The position numbers and the translations under genes were made by a program. The notes beneath the pieces were generated by a model. That model was not told the DNA's origin, made no database searches, and saw nothing but the letters and a program-made list of their open reading frames with translations. From positions 5,084,001-5,148,000 of the forward strand of contig OZ024742.1 in assembly GCA_964016885.1 (NCBI GenBank): 64,000 nucleotides of DNA, given 5' to 3'. The DNA is from Eledone cirrhosa. Taxonomy: Eukaryota. This document shows positions 54,801 to 64,000 of the stretch, one piece after another (position 1 is the first letter of the stretch; every line of letters begins with the position of its first letter).

Positions 54801-57800
54801 ACCACTACCAGACACTACACCACTACAACACACTACACCACTATCAGACACTACACCACTACCAGACACTACACCAATACCAGACACTACAACACTGCCA
54901 GACACTACACCACTACAACACACTACACCGCTACCAGACACTACACCACTACCAGACACTACACCACTACCAGACACTACACCACTACGACACACTACAC
55001 CACTACCAGACACTACAACACTGCCAGATACTACACCACTACAACACACTACACCACTACCAGACACTACACCACTACAACACACTACACCATTACCAGA
55101 TACTACACCACTACAACACACTACACCACTACCAGACACTACACCACTACCAGACACGACACCACTACAACACACTACACCACTACCAGACACTACACCA
55201 CTACAACACGCTACACCACTACTAAACACTACACCACTACCAGACACTACACCACTACCAGACACTACACCTTTACCACACACTACACCACTACCAGACA
55301 CTACACCACTACCACACACAACACCACTACCACACACTACACCACTACCAGACACTGCACCCCTACCACACACTACACCACTACCAGACACTACACCACT
55401 ACAACACACTACACCAGTACCAGACACTACACCACTACCAGACACTATACCACTGCCACACACTACACCACTACCAGACACTACACCATAACCAGACACT
55501 ACACCACTACAACACACTACACCACTACCAGACACTACACCACTACCGGACACTACACCACTACCACACACTACACCACAACCAGACACTACACCACTAC
55601 CAGACACTACACTACTATCAGACACTACACTACTATCAGACACTACACCACTACCAGACACTAAACCACTACAACACACTACACCACTACCAGACACTAC
55701 ACCACTACAACACACTACACCACTACCAGACACTACACCACTACCAGACACTACAGCACTACAACGCACTACACCACTACCAGACAATACACCACTACCA
55801 CACACTACACCACTACCACACACTACACCACTACCACACACTACACCACTACCAGACACTACACCACTTCAACACACTACACCACTACCAGACACTATAG
55901 CACTACCAGACACTATACCACTATCTCACACTATACCACTACCAGATACTACTCCACTACCACACACTACACCACTACCACACACTACACCACTACCAGA
56001 CACTACACAACAACAAGACGCTACAACACTACCAGACACTACACCACTACCAGACACTAAAACGCTACCAAACACTACACCACTACAACATACTACACCA
56101 CTACCAGACACTACACCTCTACCACACACTACACCACTACCAGACACTACACCACTACCAGACACTACACCACTACCACACACTACACCACTACAACACA
56201 CTACACAACTACCAAACACTACACCACTACCACACACTACACCACTACCACACAGTACACCACTAACAGACACTACACCACAACCACACGCTACACCACT
56301 ACCAGACACTACACATCTACCAGACACTACACCACTACCAGACACTACACCACAGCCAGACACTACACCACTAACAGACACTACAGCACTGCCAGACACT
56401 ACGCCACTACAACACACTACACAACTACCAGACACTACACCACTACCAGAGAGTACACCACTACCAGACACTACACCACTAGCAGACACTACAAAACTAC
56501 TACACACTACACCACTACAACACACTACCCCACTGACACACACTACACCACTACCAGACACTACACCACTACAACACACTACACCGCTACCAGACACTAC
56601 CCCACAACCAGACACTACAGCACTACAACACACTACACCACTAACAGACACTACACCAATACCACACACTACACCACTACCACGCACTACACCACTACCA
56701 CACACTACACCACTACTAAACACTACCCCACTACCAGACACTACACCACTACCAGACACTACACCACTACCACACACTACACCACTACCACACACTACAC
56801 TACTACCAGACACTACACCACTACCACACACTACACCATTACCACACACTACACCACTACCAGACACTACACCACTACAAGACACTACACCACTACCAGA
56901 CACTACACCACTACCAGACACTACACCACTACCACACACTACACCACTACCAGACACCACACCACTACAACACACTACACCACTATCAGACACTACACCA
57001 CTACCAGACACTACACCAATACCAGACACTACAACACTGCCAGACACTACACCACTACAACACACTACACCGCTACCAGACACTACACCACTACCAGACA
57101 CTACACCACTACCAGACACTACACCACTACCAGACACTACACCACTACCAGACACTACAACACTGCCAGACACTACACCAGTACCACACCCTACACCAAT
57201 ACCATACACTACACCACTACCAGACACTACACCACTACCAGACACTACAACACTGCCAGATACTACACCACTACAACACACTACACCACTACCAGACACT
57301 ACACCACTACCACACAATACACCACTACCAGACACTACACCACTGCCAGACACTACACCACTACAACACACTACACCAATACCACACACTAAACCACTAC
57401 CAGACACTACACCACTGCCAGACACTACACCACTACAACACACTACACCACTACCAGACACTACACCACTACCAGAGAGTACACCATTACCAGACACTAC
57501 ACCACTAGCAGACACTACAAAACTACTACACACTACACCACTACAACACACTACCCCACTGACACACACTACACCACTACCAGACACTACACCACTACAA
57601 CACACTACACCGCTACCAGACACTACCCCACAACCAGACACTACAGCACTACAACACACTACACCACTAACAGACACTACACCAATACCACACACTACAC
57701 CACTACCACGCACTACACCACTACCACACACTACACCACTACTAAACACTACCCCACTACCAGACACTACACCACTACAACACACTCCACCACTACCAGA

Positions 57801-60800
57801 CACTACACCACTACCACACACTACACCACTACCACACACTACACAACTACCAGACACTACACCACTACCACACACTACACCATTACCACACACTACACCA
57901 CTACCAGACACTACACCACTACAAGACACTACACCACTACCAGACACTACACCACTACCAGACACTACACCACTACCACACACTACAACACTACCAGACA
58001 CTACACCACTATAACACACTACACCACTACCAGACACTACACCACTACCAGACACTACACCACTACCAGACACTACACCATTACCAGACACTACACCACT
58101 ACCAGACACTACACCACTACAACACACTACACCACTACTAAACACTACACCACTACCAGACACTACGCCACTTCCACACACTACACCACTACCACACACT
58201 ACACCACTACCACACACTACACCATTACCAGACACTACACAACTAACACACAATACACCACTACCACACACTACGCCATTACCACACACTACACCACTAC
58301 CAGACACTTCACCACTACCACACACTGCACCACTACCAGACACTACACCACTAACAGACACTACTCCACTAACAGACACTACACCACTACAACACACTAC
58401 ACCATTACCAGACACTACACCACTACCAGACACTACACCACTACCAGACACTACACCACTACCAGACACTACACCACTACCAAACACTACACCACTACCA
58501 GACACTACACCACTACCACACACTACACCACTACCAGACACTACACCACTACCGGACGCTACACCACTACCACACACTACACCACTACCAGACGCTACAG
58601 CACTGCCAGACATTACACCACTACCAGACACTACACAACTACCACACACTACAAAACTACCACACACTACACCACTACCAGACACTAAACCACTACCACA
58701 CACTACACCACTACCAGACACTACACCACTACCAGACACTACAACACTGCAAGACACTACACAACTACCACACACTACACCAGTACCACACACTACACCA
58801 CTACAACACACTAAACCATTACCAGACACTACACCACTGCCAGACACTACACCACTACAACACACTACACCACTACCAGACACTACACCACTACAACACA
58901 CTACACCACTATCAGACACTACACCACTACCAGACACTACACCAATACCAGACACTACAACACTGCCAGACACTACACCACTACAACACACTACACCGCT
59001 ACCAGACACTACACCACTACCAGACACTACACCACTACCAGACACTACACCACTACGACACACTACACCACTACCAGACACTACAACACTGCCAGATACT
59101 ACACCACTACAACACACTACACCACTACCAGACACTACACCACTACAACACACTACACCATTACCAGATACTACACCACTACAACACACTACACCACTAC
59201 CAGACACTACACCACTACCAGACACGACACCACTACAACACACTACACCACTACCAGACACTACACCACTACAACACGCTACACCACTACTAAACACTAC
59301 ACCACTACCAGACACTACACCACTACCAGACACTACACCTTTACCACACACTACACCACTACCAGACACTACACCACTACCACACACAACACCACTACCA
59401 CACACTACACCACTACCAGACACTGCACCCCTACCACACACTACACCACTACCAGACACTACACCACTACAACACACTACACCAGTACCAGACACTACAC
59501 CACTACCAGACACTATACCACTGCCACACACTACACCACTACCAGACACTACACCACTACCAGACACTACACCACTACAACACACTACACCACTACCAGA
59601 CACTACACCACTACCGGACACTACACCACTACCACACACTACACCACAACCAGACACTACACCACTACCAGACACTACACTACTATCAGACACTACACTA
59701 CTATCAGACACTACACCACTACCAGACACTAAACCACTACAACACACTACACCACTACCAGACACTACACCACTACAACACACTACACCACTACCAGACA
59801 CTACACCACTACCAGACACTACAGCACTACAACGCACTACACCACTACCAGACACTACACCACTACCACACACTACACCACTACCACACACTACACCACT
59901 ACCACACACTACACCACTACCACACACTACACCACTACCAGACACTACACCACTTCAACACACTACACCACTACCAGACACTATAGCACTACCAGACACT
60001 ATACCACTATCTCACACAATACCACTACCAGATACTACTCCACTACCACACACTACACCACTACCACACACTACACCACTACCAGACACTACACAACAAC
60101 AAGACGCTACAACACTACCAGACACTACACTACTACCAGACACTAAAACGCTACCAAACACTACACCACTACAACATACTACACCACTACCAGACACTAC
60201 ACCTCTACCACACACTACACCACTACCAGACACTACACCACTACCAGACACTACACCACTACCACACACTACACCACTACAACACACTACACAACTACCA
60301 AACACTACACCACTACCACACACTACACCACTACCACACAGTACACCACTAACAGACACTACACCACAACCACACGCTACACCACTACCAGACACTACAC
60401 ATCTACCACACACTACACCACTACCAGACACTACACCACAGCCAGACACTACACCACTAACAGACACTACAGCACTGCCAGACACTACGCCACTACAACA
60501 CACTACACAACTACCAGACACTACACCACTACCAGAGAGTACACCACTACCAGACACTACACCACTAGCAGACACTACAAAACTACTACACACTACAGCA
60601 CTACAACACACTACCCCACTGACACACACTACACCACTACCAGACACTACACCACTACAACACACTACACCGCTACCAGACACTACCCCACAACCAGACA
60701 CTACAGCACTACAACACACTACACCACTAACAGACACTACACCAATACCACACACTACACCACTACCACGCACTACACCACTACCACACACTACACCACT

Positions 60801-63800
60801 ACTAAACACTACCCCACTACCAGACACTACACCACTACCAGACACTACACCACTACCACACACTACACCACTACCACACACTACACTACTACCAGACACT
60901 ACACCACTACCACACACTACACCATTACCACACACTACACCACTACCAGACACTACACCACTACAAGACACTACACCACTACCAGACACTACACCACTAC
61001 CAGACACTACACCACTACCACACACTACACCACTACCAGACACTACACCACTATAACACACTACACCACTACCAGACACTACACCACTACCAGACACTAC
61101 ACCACTACCAGACACTACACCATTACCAGACACTACACCACTACCAGACACTACACCACTACAACACACTACACCACTACTAAACACTTCACCACTACCA
61201 GACACTACGCCACTTCCACGCACTACACCACTACCACACACTACACCACTACCACACACTACACCATTACCAGACACTACACAACTAACACACAATACAC
61301 CACTACCACACACTACGCCATTACCACACACTTCACCACTACCACACACTGCACCACTACCAGACACTACACCACTAACAGACACTACACCACTAACAGA
61401 CACTACACCACTACAACACACTACACCATTACCAGACACTACACCACTACCAGACACTACACCACTACCAGACACTACACCACTACCAGACACTACACCA
61501 CTACCAGACACTACACCACTACCACACACTACACCACTACCAGACACTACACCACTACCGGACGCTACACCACTACCACACACTACACCACTACCAGACG
61601 CTACAGCACTGCCAGACATTACACCACTACCAGACACTACACAACTACCACACACTACAAAACTACCACACACTACACCACTACCAGACACTAAACCACT
61701 ACCACACACTACACCACTACCAGACACTACACCACTACCAAACACTACACCACTACCATACACTACACCACTACCAGACACTACACCACTACCAGACACT
61801 ACAACACTGCCAGACACTACACCAGTACCACACACTACACCAGTACCACACACTACACCACTACCAGACACTACACCACTACCAGATACTACACAACTAC
61901 CAGACACTACAACACTGCAAGACACTACACTACTACCACACACTACACCAGTACCACACACTGCACCACTACAACACACTACACCACTACCAGACACTAC
62001 ACCACTGCCAGACACTACACCACATCCAGACACTAAACCATTACCAGACACTACACCACTGCCAGACACTACACCACTACAACACACTACACCACTACCA
62101 GACACCACACCACTACAACACACTACACCACTATCAGACACTACACCACTACCAGACACTACACCAATACCAGACACTACAACACTGCCAGACACTACAC
62201 CACTACAACACACTACACCGCTACCAGACACTACACCACTACCAGACACTACACCACTACCAGACACTACACCACTACCACACACTACACCACTACCAGA
62301 CACTACAACACTGCCAGATACTACACCACTACAACACACTACACCACTACCAGACACTACACCACTACCACACACTACACAACTACCAGACACTACACCA
62401 CTGCCAGACACTACACCACTACAACACACTACACCAATACCACACACTACACCACTACCAAACACTACACTACTGCCAGACACTACACCACTACAACACA
62501 CTACACCACTACCAGACACTACACCACTACCAGAGAGTACACCAATACCAGACACTACACCACTACCAGACACTACACCACTACAACACACTACACCACT
62601 ACAAGACACTACACCACTACCAGACACTACACCACTACCAGAGAGTACACCACTACCAGACACTACACCACTACCAGACACTACACCACTACCACACACT
62701 ACACCACTAGCAGACACTACACAACTACTACACACTACACCACTACAACACACTACACCACTGACACACACTACACCACTACCAGACACTACACCACTAC
62801 AAGTCACTACACCACTGCCAGACACTACACCACTACCAGACACTACACATCTACCACACACTACACCACTACCAGACACTACACCACTGCCAGACACTAC
62901 ACCACTAACAGTCACTACAGCACTGCCAGACACTACACCACTACAACACACTACACAACTACCAGACGCTACACCACTACCAGAGAGTACACCGCTACCA
63001 GACACTACACCACTAGCAGACACTACAAAACTACTACACACTACACCACTACAACACACTACCCCACTGACACACACTACACCACTACCAGATACTACAC
63101 CACTACAACACACTACACCGCTACCAGACACTACCCCACAACCAGATACTACAGCACTACAACACACTACACCACTAACAGACACTACACCAATACCACA
63201 CACTACACCACTACCACACACTACACCACTACTAAACACTACCCCACTACCAGACACTACACCACTACAACACACTCCACCACTACCAGACACTACACCA
63301 CTACCACACACTACACCACTACCAGACACTACACCACTACCACACACTACACCATTACCACACACTACACCACTACCAGACAATACACCACTACAAGACA
63401 CTACACCACTACCAGACACTACACCACTACCAGACACTACACCACTACCACACACTACACCACTACCAGACACTACACCACTATAACACACTACACCACT
63501 ACCAGACACTACACCACTACCAGACACTACACCATTACCAGACACTACACCACTACCAGACACTACACCACTACAACACACTACACCACTACTAAACACT
63601 ACACCACTACCAGACACTACGCCACTTCCACACACTACACCACTACCACACACTACACCACTACCACACACTACACCATTACCAGACACTACACAACTAA
63701 CACACAATACAGCACTACCACACACTACGCCATTACCACACACTACACCACTACCAGACACTTCACCACTACCACACACTGCACCACTACCAGACACTAC

Positions 63801-64000
63801 ACCACTAACAGACACTACACCACTAACAGACACTACACCACTACAACACACTACACCATTACCAGACACTACACCACTACCAGACACTACACCACTACCA
63901 GACACTACACCACTACCAGACACTACACCACTACCAGACACTACACCACTACCACACACTACACCACTACCAGACACTACAGCACTGCCAGACATTACAC
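45856..64000. repeat. 18-bp minisatellite (ACTACACCACTAC[C/A]A[G/C]AC)n, >18 kb, with higher-order repeats; runs off the window end
   Basis: About 1000 units; diagnostic variants recur at 4086 bp (55926/60012; 56449/60535) and 4068 bp (53407/57475). Confidence 0.97.

Noticed and set aside
45856-63995. Five giant minus-strand Gly/Ser/Val/Cys ORFs (791-1621 aa)
   Set aside because: They are a by-product of a stop-free 18-bp unit; the starts are arbitrary GTG codons, TGA stops punctuate the frame (50994, ~55869, 55926, 60012), and there is no signal peptide or unique domain

Overview
AT-rich, microsatellite-dense eukaryotic (animal) DNA; the repeat and SINE content suggests an octopod cephalopod (inference only). 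No intact host gene is evident and the window is almost entirely repeats. (1) 0.5-13.9 kb: a head-to-tail stack of seven minus-strand Tx1-clade (L1-group, APE-endonuclease) non-LTR retrotransposon copies, one of them full length, each bounded by (GATA)n, which points to a (TATC)n-microsatellite-targeting family. (2) 15.9-44.8 kb: two Penelope-like elements (RT + GIY-YIG) and several non-coding fold-back or tandem elements set in (TA)n tracts. Together they carry about 16 type I hammerhead ribozyme motifs from about 7 unrelated sequence families, including a 310-bp tandem retrozyme-like array. (3) An R4/Dong-like RLE LINE interrupted by a Helitron and a SINE, further Helitrons, an inverted RTE fragment, Chapaev3-like and Tc1 relics, and tRNA-SINEs. 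(4) 45.9-64 kb: an 18-bp minisatellite with ~4.07-4.09 kb higher-order repeats; its giant ORFs are probably artefacts. All assignments come from reading motifs by eye; no database searches were run.
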